Shown: positions 26,008 to 39,744 of the stretch, piece after piece | How the letters are laid out: every line of letters starts with the position of its first letter | Numbering within the stretch: position 1 is the first letter of the stretch | Assembly (NCBI GenBank): GCA_964016885.1 | Contig: OZ024743.1 | Span: 53,320,001 to 53,384,000 of the forward strand | Source of the DNA: Eledone cirrhosa | Taxonomy: Eukaryota | Length of the DNA: 64,000 nt | Reading direction: 5' to 3' | The notes under the pieces: model-generated | Told to the model about the DNA's origin: nothing | The model's database searches: none | What the model saw: only the letters and a program-made list of their open reading frames with translations | Made by a program: the position numbers and the translations under genes

Positions 26008-28200
26008 ATTATAACTGGAATTTCTTGCGTGACAACTTACTGCAGGCTACTGAAGAAACTTGTGGTTGGGGCAGAGCTTCAACCAGATAGAGAGTGACTT
26101 GGTGGTGGAACAGCACGGCAGATAGGGCCATTAGAGACAAAAGACTGGCATGGAAAGCTTGGAAAAATGGTGGGAGTAGAGATGGATACACAGCTGCTAA
26201 GAGAGAAGCTAGACGTCAGGTGTACTTAGCACACAGGGAGGCTGAGAGTAGGAGGTTTGCCAATGTTCTGCGACGGGAAGATTAGAGGCGTGCAAGTGTT
26301 CCCCATTGCAAGGCGGTGTGTCAGTGCAAATCAGGATGTTGTTGGAGATAAGTGTGTCCGGAATGATGCCGGTGTACTTAGTGTCACGAATGATCAGAAA
26401 AAGGAGGCCTGGAAATGTCATTATGAGAGACTGATGAATGTGGAGAACGAATGGGAAAGAGAGAAATTACCCCCAGTAAACCCGACAGAGGGACCAGCTA
26501 TTGAGATTGACGAATATAAGGTACAAAAGGCAATTAAGGAAATGAAGAATGGTAAGGCTGCTGAACTGTCGGACATAGTTGCTGAGATGCTGAAGGCAAA
26601 AGGAGAAGTAGACACTAAACTAATAGCACGCATCATAAATCAAGCTATATATGGTGGTGTCATACCCAAAGACTGGTGCAGCAGTATTCTCATAAATTGC
26701 TACAAAGGTAAAGGAGATGTTCTAGAGAGGAGCAATTATAGGGGCATAAAGCTGATGGATCAGGTTATGAAAGTGGCAGAGAGAATATTAGCGCAACTGA
26801 TTAGAGAAAGGGTCAAACTAGATGAGATGCAGTTTGGTTTTGTGCCTCGGAAAAGTACAACAGATGCCCTCTTCTTAGTGAGGCAACTACAAGAGAGGTT
26901 CTTAGAGAAGAATAAGCCACTATACTTAGCTTTTGTTGACCTAGAGAAGGCCCTTGATAGGGTACCCCGATCTGTCATCTGGTGGTCCCTAAGGAAACTA
27001 GGTGTAGAGGAATGGCTTGTGAGGACAGCGCAAGCTATGTACAGGGCTGCTGTCAGTAAAGTGAGAATAGGAATGGAGTTTAGTGAGGAATTCCAGATAC
27101 AAGTTGGTGTCATCAAGGTTCGGTCCTCAGTCCAGACTTGTTCATTATAGTCCTCCCAGCCATAACAGAGGAGTTTAAGACTGGATGCCCATGGGAACTT
27201 CTCTATGCTGATGATCTGGTTCTTATAGCAGAATCAGTAGAGGAGCTAGAAAATAAATTCTGGCTGAGCAGTTGGAATCAAGAGGCCTGAGAGTGAACAT
27301 AGCTAAAACAAACGTGTTGATAAGTAGAAGAGAGGACAATACTCTGATTCCAATAAGGAAATGGCCATGTTCGATATGTAGGAAAGGAACTGGCATAAAT
27401 TCCATAAAACGTACGCAATGCAGATCTTGGTACACAAGAGATGTAGTGGGATAGCAGGCAAACTAACAGGTAGGGAAAACTACGTATACAGTAGATGTAC
27501 AGGGAAAGTTGGCAGTAGTAATCACTGTGATAGACTCATTTTTCCAACGCAGGTGGGTTCTATAGAAGTGGTTGATAACTTCCCGTACCTAAGTGATCAG
27601 ATTAGCATGGGATGTGGGGGGGGGGGGGGTCCGAGGCCATAGTATCTAGAATAAGGACGGGTTAGAAGAAGTTTAAGGGAGCTGCTTCCTCTGTTGACAA
27701 AGAAGGGTTTCTCCCTGCGTACGAAAAGACGGTTACATGATGCCTGTGTGAGATGCGCGATGCTGCATAGTAATGAGACATGGGCAGCAACTGCAGAAGA
27801 TATGCGACGGCTGGAGAGAAATGAAGCAAGTATACTCCGTTGGATGTGCAATATCAGTATGCGTGAACGACTAAGCATAGACGAGTTGAGAAAGAAACTG
27901 GGTATAAGAGGGATAAGTTGTGGTGAGCAGGAGAGAAGGCTGAGATGGTATGGACATGTGATGCGCATGGAGGATGACCGCTGGGTGAAGAAGTGCCAGG
28001 AAGTCCCAGTGGAGGGAAGACGCAGTAGAGGTAGACCACGAAAAACATGGGCGGAGGTGGTGAGAGGGGACGTCAGATCGCTGAAGCTCACAGTGGAGAT
28101 GACGAAGGACCGTGACGGATGGACAGATGCTGTGCTGAATAAGACCCATCCCACCCTTTCAAGCAGGGAAAAGCGGACGTAAAATGATGATGATGATGAT
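26008..28200 (+). mobile_element. RTE-clade LINE, 5'-truncated, frameshifted
   Basis: TWWWN, YKGKGD..ERSNYRGIKL, QFGF, AFVDLEKA, LLYADD, PHD-like Cys cluster, RRLRWYGH, GRPRKTW; (GAT)n tail. Confidence 0.93.
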
Positions 28201-28209
28201 ATGTATGTA

Positions 28210-28628
28210 TGTATTCTGGTTTTATAATTTCACAAATTTTTACCAATAGAGAGAGAGTCGGTTTCTAACATAGACGCAAGACTCTCTCATTGGAATTTAC
28301 ACAGCATCAACTAGGTAGATATGTTTGCATGCCTGTATGCATGCATGTGTAGGTATGTATGTTATTGTATGTGTGGATCTGTATGTTTTGAGTTGTATGT
28401 GTGCATGTTTATACGCTTTGTATCTTTACATGTGTATATGCAGTTATCAGATGCAGAATATTTGGAATGTTTTACATATTTTTACTCTTCCATTAATGGA
28501 TTGTACTTGTAATTTCCTAACTAGTTGTGTTCTTTCGGTTTCTGGGAAGCCCAGCTTCTCAAGATTTGTATTGAGGCAGTTACTAACATATCTTAGTGCC
28601 CCAATAATCACAGGCATAAATCTGAAGG
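28210..28628 (-). mobile_element. R4-like family 1, 3' end
   Basis: Matches 19165-19560 (3' UTR plus end of RLE ORF). Confidence 0.87.
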
Positions 28629-28639
28629 TATGTATGTAT

Positions 28640-29790
28640 ATCTCTTTCTTTTAATTTCGAGTATATTTTTGACCGGCCACCTTCCTGGTGGCAAGGTTGT
28701 AAAAGAAAAGAAATTGTCACCCCTTGAATCGCAAGAATGTTTTGCAAATTTTGAAGGTGCCAGCTATCGCAGCCATTTGTAGACTATGAATTAGGGAGCT
28801 GTGCTCTTTGTCCGCAAATCCAAGTTCAGTCATACTTTGGTCCAAGCGGGTTGGTATATAACCCGTAGCTCCAATAATGATGGGTATGAAGCTAAAGGTG
28901 TATCTTGGATACTGGATTTGTAAACTCCTCATCAATGGTCCGTAGATGTCCTCCTCCTTCTGTATTTTTCTGACAACGTTTACATCAAGTGGGCAGCTGA
29001 TCTCCACAACAGAACACGTTTTCAATGTGTGGTCCCAAATAACAATATCAGGCCGGTTGTGCTTTAATTTGGTGGCAGTTTTTATTTTCAGGTTCCACCA
29101 GTATTCCTTAGTGCCATCTGTCTCAATATATTCTTCCTCGTTTGTTGTTAATTTTGTTTTCCGAAGTGCGTTCCAGATGGTTCTAGCTATCCAATCGTGT
29201 CTCATGTGGAGGTAGTAGCGAGATGACATTCTTTCGCAGCTGGCAACAATGTGGCTTACATCCCCGATCTTTGTTTTACATAGCCTACATTTATTGTCAG
29301 CTGATGGCCCTCTTCTTTTGTGCAGCAGATATTTGGTAGGGAGTTCTTGTTCCTGTATTGCATAGAGATATCCCTCAAGGTGTGATGTCATAAACTTGTC
29401 GGAACTCCATGCCAGGCTTTTTGAGTGGTTTATCCCCGCTATGGTCTGTGTTTTACGTCTCAAGTATCCATGCACAACTTTTTCTGTAAATTGGTCAATT
29501 TTTTAATCTTGTTTGAACATTGAATAGGATCTTCCGATTTCTCTGGGTGAGAGATTTATATCAGGCTTTATTCCATATCTCTCCTCCAGATCAGTGGCTA
29601 TCATAATGATATTTATTTTTTCATGCTCATAAACCTGGGCAAGATGGTTGCCAACCTTTTTCCTCTGTTGAAGATGTTGCTTCAGTGTTACTATCCGGGT
29701 CTCATATGATGTTAATATGGATTTTAGACCCCGGCTACCTTCCTTGCGTGAGAAGTATAGCCTATCCACATCACCATTGATGTTAAAGTG
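28640..29790 (-). mobile_element. R4-like family 2, 5'-truncated copy (RLE domain)
   Basis: ORF 28717-29475 is nearly identical to 22900-23658. Confidence 0.92.
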
Positions 29791-29819
29791 GATGTATGTA
29801 TGTATGTATGTATGTATGT

Positions 29820-29857
29820 ATGTTCTTCTGGTTTTATAATTTTATAAATTTTTACCA

Positions 29858-29900
<43 letters not shown>

Positions 29901-30070
29901 TTCTAACATAGACACAAGACTCTCTCATTGGAATTAACACATCATCAACTAGGTAGATATGTATGCATGTCTGCATGCATGTGTAGATATGGATGTTATT
30001 GTATGTGTGGATGTGGATGTTTTGAGTTGTATGTGCATATGTTTTGTATCTGTACATGTGTACATGTAGT
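29820..30070 (-). mobile_element. R4-like family 1, 3' UTR fragment
   Basis: Matches 19160-19380. Confidence 0.82.
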
Positions 30071-30565
30071 TATTACATGCAGAAATTTTGGCATGAATGT
30101 ATATATGCAGGTTGATATAAATATGATGCTAGTGGAAATTAGGTCGTATATGTTGTGTCTCCACATATGCGAGATGGATATAATGCAGATTTCCTTTGTT
30201 TTTTAGTTTCACTCATACCGCTATGCGAATTAATGTTCTTTTATGAGATTGCTGTCTAGGCGCTACACAAATATTTGAAACATTCTCCCCGTGATATTGG
30301 TATCTTAAATAGTAATCAACGATCATCTTTCAATAAAACTCAGTCACATTCCAGTCAACTGTTGTTTTACAGATTCCATTTCTCTATCGATGTTCTTTGT
30401 TTCTATCTGTACCACTGGCATCATAATATCTCACTCTCATCACCTGATCAAAACTGAAATTTTAATATATATATATATATATATATATCGTTTCTAAATT
30501 TGTTTAGCAAGATTCTTTATCTGAAAACGTGTGTTGAAACCGACAGCATGACCCCCCCAAAGTAT

Positions 30566-30606
<41 letters not shown>

Positions 30607-30824
30607 CACATATTAGTATGGTGCTCTGAAATAGCAATCTATATATGAATGTACGTATAGTATATTTGATAGTATACAGTATATTATCAAATATACTATA
30701 CGTACATTCATATATATATATAGAGAGAGATTTATATATAAATGGCTTCTACAGGACTAGAACTGTTTCATTCAATGGAAATTATCATGAGGATTTCTTT
30801 CGAATGAAAAAGTTCTAGGAGATA

Positions 30825-32500
30825 AAACGGAAATTATAAAAGCTGAGAATGAAAATATATAAGTTAAGAATGAAACTATAGGGTTTTTAGAATGAAATTA
30901 TAGTGACTGACAATGAAATTATAGGGTTTTTAGAATGAAATTATAGTGACTGACAATGAAATTATAGGGTTTTTAGAATGAAATTATAGTGACTGACAAT
31001 GAAATTATATGGTTTTAGAATAAAACTATGGAGTCTGCGAATAAAAGTATTGGGTATAAGAATTAAACTATAAGGTGACTGGAATTAAATTATACGGGGG
31101 TAGAATGAAATTACTGGGTTCAGTGGATGAAAGTATATGGGCTGAGATGTATATATAGGGACATAGAGTGAAATTATAGAGACTTGGAATGATACTATAG
31201 GGACTGAGAATGAAACTATAAGAGCTTAGTAAGAACATATAGGGACTGACTATGAAATTATAGGGAGTTAGAATAAAAGTGCAGTGCTTTGATGGAAACT
31301 AAACTGTAAGGGATTGGGATTTAAGCTATAGGAGTTTAGAACGAAAATATGTGGAGTAAGACGGAAACTGCAAGGAACTGCGTATAAAAGAATAGGGATG
31401 AGAATGAAATTGTAGGGCCCGAGAACACAAAATATCGGGGGTTAGGATGAAATAATTGTTTCTACTTTTGGCACAAGGTCAGCAATTATCGCAGTGCATT
31501 ACTGGTACTTTATTTTATCGACCCCGTAAGGATGAAAGGCAAAGTAAACCTCGGCGGGATTTGAATTGAAATCATAAAGGGAGGTAACTCTATGCTACAA
31601 AGCATGGCGTCCGACCCTCTACCGATACTGCCAATCCACAGGATTTAGAATGAAATTATAAGAATTGAGTATTAACATATAGGCATGAGATGGAAGTTAT
31701 GGGGAGTGAGGATAATACTATAGGGGTTTAGAATAAGGAGTGAGGATAATACTATAGGGGTTTAGAATAAGGAGTGAGGATAATACTATAGGGGTTTAGA
31801 ATAAGGAGTGAGGATAATACTATAGGGGTTTAGAACAAGGAGTGAGGATAACACTATTGGGGTTTAGAATAAGGAGTGAGGATAATACTATAGGGATCTA
31901 GAATAAGGAGTGAGGATAATACTATAGGGGTTTAGAATAAGGAGTGAGGATAATACTATAGGGATTTAGAATAAGGAGTAAGGATAATACTATAGGGATT
32001 TAGAACAAGGAGTGAGGATAATACTATAGGGATTTAGAATAAGGAGTGAGGGTAATACTATAGGGGTTTAGAATAAGGAGTGAGGATAACACTAAAGAGG
32101 TTTAGAATAAGGAGTGAGGATAATACTATAGGGGGTTTAGAATAAGGAGTGAGGATAACAATATAGGGGTTTAGCGTGAAAGAATTGGGACTGAGCATGA
32201 AAGTAAGGTGTGTAAGAATAAAACTTTAGGAGCTGAAATGGAAAGTATAGTGGCTTAAAACAAAAGGTATAGTGATTTTTGAATGAATCCATAGGGCTTA
32301 ACAATTAAACTGTGGGTGTTGGGAATAAAGGTACAGAAGAAAATAAGAATAGGAGCTGAGTACGAAATTATAATGTCTGAGAAAGAAATTATAGGGACTG
32401 ATATTGAAGCTATAGATACGTAGAATGAAACTATAGAGGCTACGAATAAATATGTAGGGTATGAGAATGAAACTATAGGGGTTGAGAATAAAATTATTGG
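30825..32500. repeat. Degenerate ~22-bp satellite with a homogeneous 34-bp sub-array (31703-32175)
   Basis: Units like GAATGAAATTATAGGGACTGA; inner unit GGAGTGAGGATAATACTATAGGGGTTTAGAATAA, ~14 copies. Confidence 0.9.
31453..31640 (-). mobile_element. tRNA-derived SINE family A inserted in the satellite
   Basis: Reverse complement of 37001-37175. Confidence 0.85.
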
Positions 32501-33295
32501 GGGATGTTTGCTGGCAGGGTTATTATTTTCAGTTTTACGACAGAGCATAAGCTGCATCTGATACCTCAACCATCATAGATTTTTGCTCTTGTTGCAACAC
32601 TCCATCAGATAAATGGATTTCGTACGCCATGATCTTTCTGTTCTGAACGAGGAGAAGTGTCTTGCTCAAGAACACGAAGCACCACCGGGTATTTACGATC
32701 TTAAATAGGACAGCCTATTTACGAAGCCACGCATCTTCACCATGCCTACCTGATGTTAAATAACAGGTTTTATTGCAAAAAACTCCAACAGGCAAATCCA
32801 TCGACCCAGATTCCGTTGACGTAGCTGTGACGATGACAGCAATGGTTTTTAATTTACGCAAAAAACCCAGCAATATTAGGAGGGGGAAAGTTGATTAAAT
32901 CAATCCAACTAAAGTACTTGACTGGTATTTTATTTTATTAACTGCGGGAAGATGAAAGGTAAAGTTGACCTCGGTGGGATTGGAAATCAATAATGATAAG
33001 AGCATTAGTAAATAATGCGCAATTGAGAGAATGAAAAGCTAATAAGGAGGGGAAAAGGATTAAAGCCACCATGTTTGTATGTGTTGTGACACACTATGGT
33101 ATAGGACAGAACAAAGGAGGGACACAAAATAACAAATTACTCACTGAGAAGGTCACACAATGTGTGACGAAAGAGCTTTGACAATAAACAAACAACCAAC
33201 CGGTTATAAAACCAACCAGAAATTTGTAATAAATTGAAGGGAAAATCAACAGGTGCTGGTTTTTTTATTGGCAGCACGACCCTCCCAAAGTATAA

Positions 33296-33371
<76 letters not shown>

Positions 33372-33478
33372 ATAATAATAAATTTGAAGACTAAAATCCA
33401 AAGAGGGCTCGATAAGGATAAATATATATCAGATATATAAGAACCGGAGAGCAAATATTTATTAAAATAACAGAATAA

Positions 33479-33529
33479 AGTTTAAGCAAAGAATCGCTGC
33501 TTTCACCCTTAACGGGATCTTCTGAAACT
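33479..33529 (-). ncRNA. Type I hammerhead-like ribozyme (U4A core variant), inverted copy
   Basis: Reverse complement of 34039-34089. Confidence 0.55.
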
Positions 33530-34038
33530 AAAAAAGTCAATCTGTGAACGCAGAAGTAAATATTTCAAAAAACGTTGCAACCGAAGGAAGACAGGAAGAC
33601 GATACTTTGGTTCGTGGAAACGTTCCCTGGCAAAGAACGAAAAAAAACGAAGATAATACGTCATTATTTGGTGCGGTGAAAACAATTATACACACAGACA
33701 AAACCACGTTTATGGTATAAATGAAGTCGTAAACTAATATTCTATTAGGTGTTTCATGGAGACGTTCTCTGGCAATGAACGAAAAAAACGAAGATAATAC
33801 GTCATTATGTGGAGCGGTAGAGAACGTCTCTATTCTACGACTTCATTTATACCATAAACGTGGTTTTGTCTTTGTGTGTAATTGTTTGTCACCGCTCCAA
33901 ATAATGACGTATTATCTTCGTTTTTTTTCGTTCTTTGCCAGGGAACGTTTCCAGGAACCAAAGTATCGTCTTCCTGTATTCCTTCAGTTGCAACGTTTTT
34001 AGAAATATTTACTTCTGCGTTTACAGATTGACTTTTTT

Positions 34039-34089
34039 AGTTTCAGAAGATCCCGTTAAGGGTGAAAGCAGCGATTCTTTGCTTAAACT
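34039..34089 (+). ncRNA. Type I hammerhead-like ribozyme (U4A core variant)
   Basis: AGTTT-CAGAAGA-tCCC(gttaa)GGGt-GAAA-GCA(gcgattctt)TGC-TT^AAACT; stems I, II and III all pair. Confidence 0.58.
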
Positions 34090-34105
34090 TTAATCTGTTA
34101 TTTTA

Positions 34106-34155
<50 letters not shown>

Positions 34156-34229
34156 TATTTGAAAAATATATATATATATATATATATAAATGAAAAGTAT
34201 AGAAATTATTATGAGCAAGAAACACACAG

Positions 34230-34300
<71 letters not shown>

Positions 34301-34312
34301 TATGAAAATTTG

Positions 34313-34346
<34 letters not shown>

Positions 34347-35013
34347 TGTGTGCTTCTTGCTCATAATAATTTCTATACTTTTCATATATATATATATTTC
34401 AAATTTCCATACACTTAACATGTATGTGCTACCAATGGTTTCGGAGACCAGTCATGGCTACCACTCTATAATGTAGGAGAAACTGGCCCTTTTGTTCACG
34501 TGTCTGAATAAAAGAACAGTTTAAAAGTGCCTCCTCCATTATACAGTAGTGGTCATGATTGGACCCAGAAACCATTGGTACATGTTAAGAGTATAAAACT
34601 TTGTCTACACTAAACAAGCTCTCTTCCAACAGATCGAGCACTGTTTTCCTCGGTCGTTCATTTATTTCTACCAACGTATATATGTCGTGTATTGTGGTGA
34701 GATCATAATGAGATTTTAATATTAAATAACTGGATTTGAAAAGTCCCAGGAAGGGGATGAAACGCTCGTAAATCATCATTTAATGTATTAATGCATTTGG
34801 TATCTATTTTAATGAATAATTTGCTTCTAGTGTAATTGTTATTTTTAGCAAAATAGGATTTTGTATGTATGTGTTTTTGGAAAACTCTATCAAGGAGGTA
34901 TGATAGACCTTTGTATTGCTTATTATAATAAATTACTCTATTTTGAGCTGTTTTTAACTTCACCTATGTTTCTAATTTTTTATTTTATTTTTGTGAAAAA
35001 CGATATCTACTTC

Positions 35014-35048
<35 letters not shown>

Positions 35049-35186
35049 GTAATAATAATAAATTTAAAGACTAAACTTTAATCTGTTTAATTTTAATAAA
35101 TATTTGCTCTAGGGTTCTTATATATTTGATATATATTTATCCTTATCGAGCCCTCTTTGGATTTTAGTCTTCACATTTATTATTAT

Positions 35187-35249
<63 letters not shown>

Positions 35250-35288
35250 ATTAAATAAATGGAAACTATATTTATAAAACCATATTTA

Positions 35289-35350
35289 TTTCGTTATATA
35301 TATTTCAGGGATATCATATTAACAATATGTTATGCCATCTTCAGACAAAA
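35289..35350 (-). ncRNA. Type I hammerhead ribozyme (Penelope pLTR type)
   Basis: Minus strand: TTTTGT-CTGAAGA-[stem II incl. CATATT/AATATG]-GAAA-TATATA-TA^ACGAAA. Confidence 0.68.
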
Positions 35351-35657
35351 TACAATATAAACAGTCTTATAAATAAATAGATACGACATACCTTTCAATC
35401 ACCTTGCATTTGGGATGTTGATTTGGCAGTAAAAAATATTGTGGACAGTTGTAAAAAGAAAGAGATAAAGAGAGAAAGAAAGAGAAACGAAGAAAAAGAA
35501 GAAATGCATGTGACTAAATAGAGGGATATAGAAAGATAGATAAAGAGAAGAACTTCATGTAAAGAAACAGAGAGAAATATATATAGAGAGAGGAAAAAAG
35601 AAAGAGATAGATAGAGATAGATAGAGAAATTAGGAAGTTGAGTATCGGTTGATACAT

Positions 35658-35696
<39 letters not shown>

Positions 35697-37000
35697 GCTC
35701 TAGTATTAATGTAAAGAGAGATGTATGTAGTTAAGAGAGAAAATAGCCGTTATATAGAGAGAAAAAAAGAGAAAATGAAAAAGAGAAAATGAAACATAAC
35801 CAGACATAAACGATGCAGAATTTAAAACCGCTATGTTTTATCCGTAGAAAATATTAGTTCGTATAAAACAGGCATTATAATGTAAGTACCAGTATTCATA
35901 AATGAGACATGTATCTATAATGTGTGAAAAGTAATGATCTTATGTCTAATTTTTAAAAATTCATATGTTTATATCATAATTATAATTATAAACAAACTCC
36001 CAATTCACACGAAAACATTCTCATTGTGCTATAAGAATTCAAGTATACATATATGTGTGTATATATACACATATATATAGAGTCTATATTAATTTTAACA
36101 ATACTATTCTTGTCTTTATTCTACATGATTGTCGATCAAGCAGAAATAGAGAACAGATTTCAATATATTAACAAAAATAAAAATAAAAATATCAGAGACA
36201 AGAAAATAAATAAATAAACAGGAAACTAAAACATTTAATATTAAAAATAAAAAATATTACAAAATATTAAAAAATATTAAAAAATAATACAAATAAAACA
36301 CAGAGATCAGCCTTTCAAAGTTAATTGACAATATATTGCCAAGATCATCATAAGCATCAGAGTCGAAACAGATAAAACAAAAATTGTTTACCAAATCCTG
36401 TCTAGCAGAAATCATTCCAAAAGTTTAGGATACCCATTTGGTCTACATATGTTCTTATATATAATATAGAAGTTTATCTAGTTTAAAATTTAATTCGATA
36501 TATTTGGAGCATCAGCTTTTAGGGTAGTTTAATTATTCATGAAGAATGTTTTAATAAAAAGAATGTTTTAATAAATCGAAAGATTTATCGGCTAGTTTCA
36601 TAAATAATTACAAATCATATCAAAACAAACATAACTACATTTTAAATTTAAATTTATATTTAAACGTTGAGTTTAATCTATGTCTGCAGCAACTGAATAA
36701 ATTTGTCCGTAGATTAAGGGAATTTTTAGATTTTAGTATAAAGAATATCTCCTCCGCACAGAGGTCACATGTCTCAGAGGATGAATTAAAAGGAATCCCC
36801 CTTGAAACTATATTCCAAGTCGTCGAATATCTAACGTTATCATGCCTAAGTTGCCAGAGTACGCCTGATAGTGCTGTTGAAGATTTTTTGGATGGATCTG
36901 TGAAAGAATTTTTGTGGTTGTTATAGCGAAGTTTAAATTCCGTCGATGTAGAACCAACGTAGTTAAAAGAATTAACGTCCGTTTTAACATTACAGTTGTG

Positions 37001-37175
37001 CGGTGGATTGGCAGTATCGGTAGAGGGTCGGACGCCATGCTTTACGTCCCTTTACGATCTGAGTTCAAATCCCGCCGAGGTTGACTTTGCCTTTCATCCT
37101 TACGGGGTCGATAAAATAAAGTACCAGTAATGCACTGGGTAATTGCTGGCCTTGTGCCTAAAGTAGAAACAATTA
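37001..37175 (+). mobile_element. tRNA-derived SINE family A
   Basis: TGGCAGTATCGGTAGAG A-box, GAGTTCAAATCCC B-box, body CTTTGCCTTTCATCCTTACGGGGTCGATAAAATAAAGTACCAGT. Confidence 0.88.
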
Positions 37176-37885
37176 TATTTTTAACTAAGCAGTTGTTATT
37201 TAACGGACATTTAGATCTATCTCTACAGTTACATTTGTTAACTTGGATATTATTTATGCTATTATCGCTAGGTTTTAAGTTCCTGTTATTTATTCTATTA
37301 ATATTTTGCGCTAAATTTTTGGTGGATGAGTAGGTTAGTTTTATAGTATGTCTATTGAAAATTGAGTGATACCTATGTGTTCTAGGGAAGCGATTATCGA
37401 GAGCTTTAAAAAATAGTTTAGCAATGTGGGTTTTAATGTTTAGTGAGAAAGGGGGGGGGGGGGCAAACCATATTATATTCCTAGTTCTATTTCTTTTATG
37501 GCTTTTGGAATTATTGTAATGCAATAAAAACATACCATAAATATTTTTGTAATGCAATAAAAACATACCATAAATTATTGTAATGCAATATTTGTAATGC
37601 ATAAATTATTGTAATGCAATATTTGTAATGCATAAATTATTGTAATGCAATATTTGTAATGCAATTATTGTAATGCATAAATTATTGTAATGCAATAAAA
37701 ACATACCATAAATATTTTTGTTTTATCTGTTTCGACTCTGATGCTTATGATGATCTTGGCAATATATTGTCAATTAACTTTGAAAGGCTGATCTCTGTGT
37801 TTTATTTGTATTATTTTGTAATATTTTTTATTTTTAATATTAAATGTTTTAGTTTCCTGTTTATTTATTTATTTTCTTGTCTCTG

Positions 37886-38006
<121 letters not shown>

Positions 38007-38850
38007 GTTTCATTCAGATACGTGTGTGTGTGTGTGTGCAGAGAGAGAGAGAGAGGGACAGGTAGTGACTGAAAATATTTTTTGTCATTGTAGTAGAATT
38101 TTTATTGCAATTTGATCTTGTTAGTGGATTTGTAATCAGATAAAGTGAGATATGCGTGTGGGTTTTAATTTAAGTTCCTAAAAGTTGTTTAATAGATTTT
38201 AATTCACAATTTTTGTATTTAACTGTATGGGCAGTATAAACAAGTATCTATATTGCTTTATTGAATTAAAAGGTATTTTATTTATGGTATGTTTTTTAGA
38301 TGAAAAAAGAGGTAGAGAATATTTTTCTCGAATCATCGAATGGTGATCTCAATTTCTAATAAATCTACTCAGCCGAGAAGAGTATTGTTTTCACTCAGAT
38401 CTACACTCTATAAGACGATTTCTACTTTTTTGTGTGTGATTGCTAATATAGTTTTATAAAGGTTGCTTTATTAAACAGAACAAGGAGTATATATTGAGAT
38501 GGACAGGACTAAATCAGGGCCCATATGAAAGCCTATATATATATATATATATATACGCATACTCAAATACCTGGACACATATACGCAAATCATAAATAGG
38601 TACATTGACTTTCACACACATTTATAGACATACAGGGAAAATCATTGAAAGTCGAGGTAAGCTAAAGTGTTAAACTAGTCTTCATTGTCAGATGTTTGGG
38701 AATATGTTGTATTATTGCTTAATCTTTGATAATTTTGATCAAATAGACTTGCAGTTAATGGCGTTTCAGTCGTAACCAGTCCATCTTATTTTCATTGTGT
38801 TTATAAATGTATACTTTCCGTTTTACGATATTAATATGCGATTTGATGCA

Positions 38851-39155
38851 TGCTATCGTGAACTGATTGGTTAAGAGGTTCACTTCCCAATCATTAGGTC
38901 CCGGGTTTAACTCCACTGCCTGGCATCTTAGGCAAGTGTCACTCACGATAGCTTCTGGTCGATTCATGATTTGTAAATGAAATTAAGTTGATAGAAACTG
39001 TTTAGAAGTCCATTGGATGGACTGTCCCTGTAATTCAAAGGGTTAACCTGTTACTGTGGTACACTGAGTCTCCTTGAGAAGTATACATGTCTATGGAATG
39101 TCCAGCCATTTATATGTTAATTACATGAGCAGGTTGTTCCGTTGATTGGACAAAA
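38851..39155 (+). mobile_element. Old tRNA-derived SINE
   Basis: GGTTAAGAG...GGTTTAACTCC head; 3' part shared with 62290-62470 and 6330-6500. Confidence 0.65.
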
Positions 39156-39677
39156 CAGATGGAGGTCTATTTCACAGAAGAAGAAATTCTAACGATTCTT
39201 TAGGGCGGTAGTTTGTCAGGCTATTATCGTGTCAGTATTGATGTGAAATTAATTTAAATAGTTTTGAAATTCTTAAAGGTAGGAGACATGATCTTAGAGT
39301 AGAGCTTCCTGCTAGTGGTTACCGAGGAGAATTGAAAGTAAGATTTGATAAGTAAATAATTATTTCCTTCAGTTTAGATATAGTGACTACAGGGCATCTG
39401 GCAGAGACAGAGTGATTGCCTTTGCTGGGAAATTGTGATTTGATACAGAAAATGAATTTCAATATCTCGAGTTAGTTTCCTTGATATAGATATGAATATA
39501 TGTATGTATATATATTGGAAAATGTGTGAGATCCTTGGTACAGTTAGGTATATTTGAAAATTATTTAGAACTACAAGTGAAGTCATTCAAATATACCTAA
39601 CTGTACCAAGGATCTCACACATTTTCCAATATATATATTTACATACATACATATATTCATATCTATATCAAGGAAAC

Positions 39678-39744
<67 letters not shown>

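Larger units (their letters stand above)
35260..37520 (-). mobile_element. Penelope-like element (Neptune type), 5'-truncated: linker + GIY-YIG remnant + 3' UTR
   Basis: RNIIWF.PPFS...YHSIFNRHTIKLTYS, CNC...CPL..NCL, C-terminal CDLC.EE...N.R..LFSCCRHR; interrupted by a SINE; hammerhead at the 3' end. Confidence 0.8.

Noticed and set aside
31703-32175. 34-bp repeat array as a CRISPR array
   Set aside because: Units are contiguous with no unique spacers, there are no cas genes, and the context is eukaryotic.
39279-39438. Two mini-exons around GTAAGA..TTCAG
   Set aside because: The implied intron is only 35 nt and the peptide is unrecognisable.
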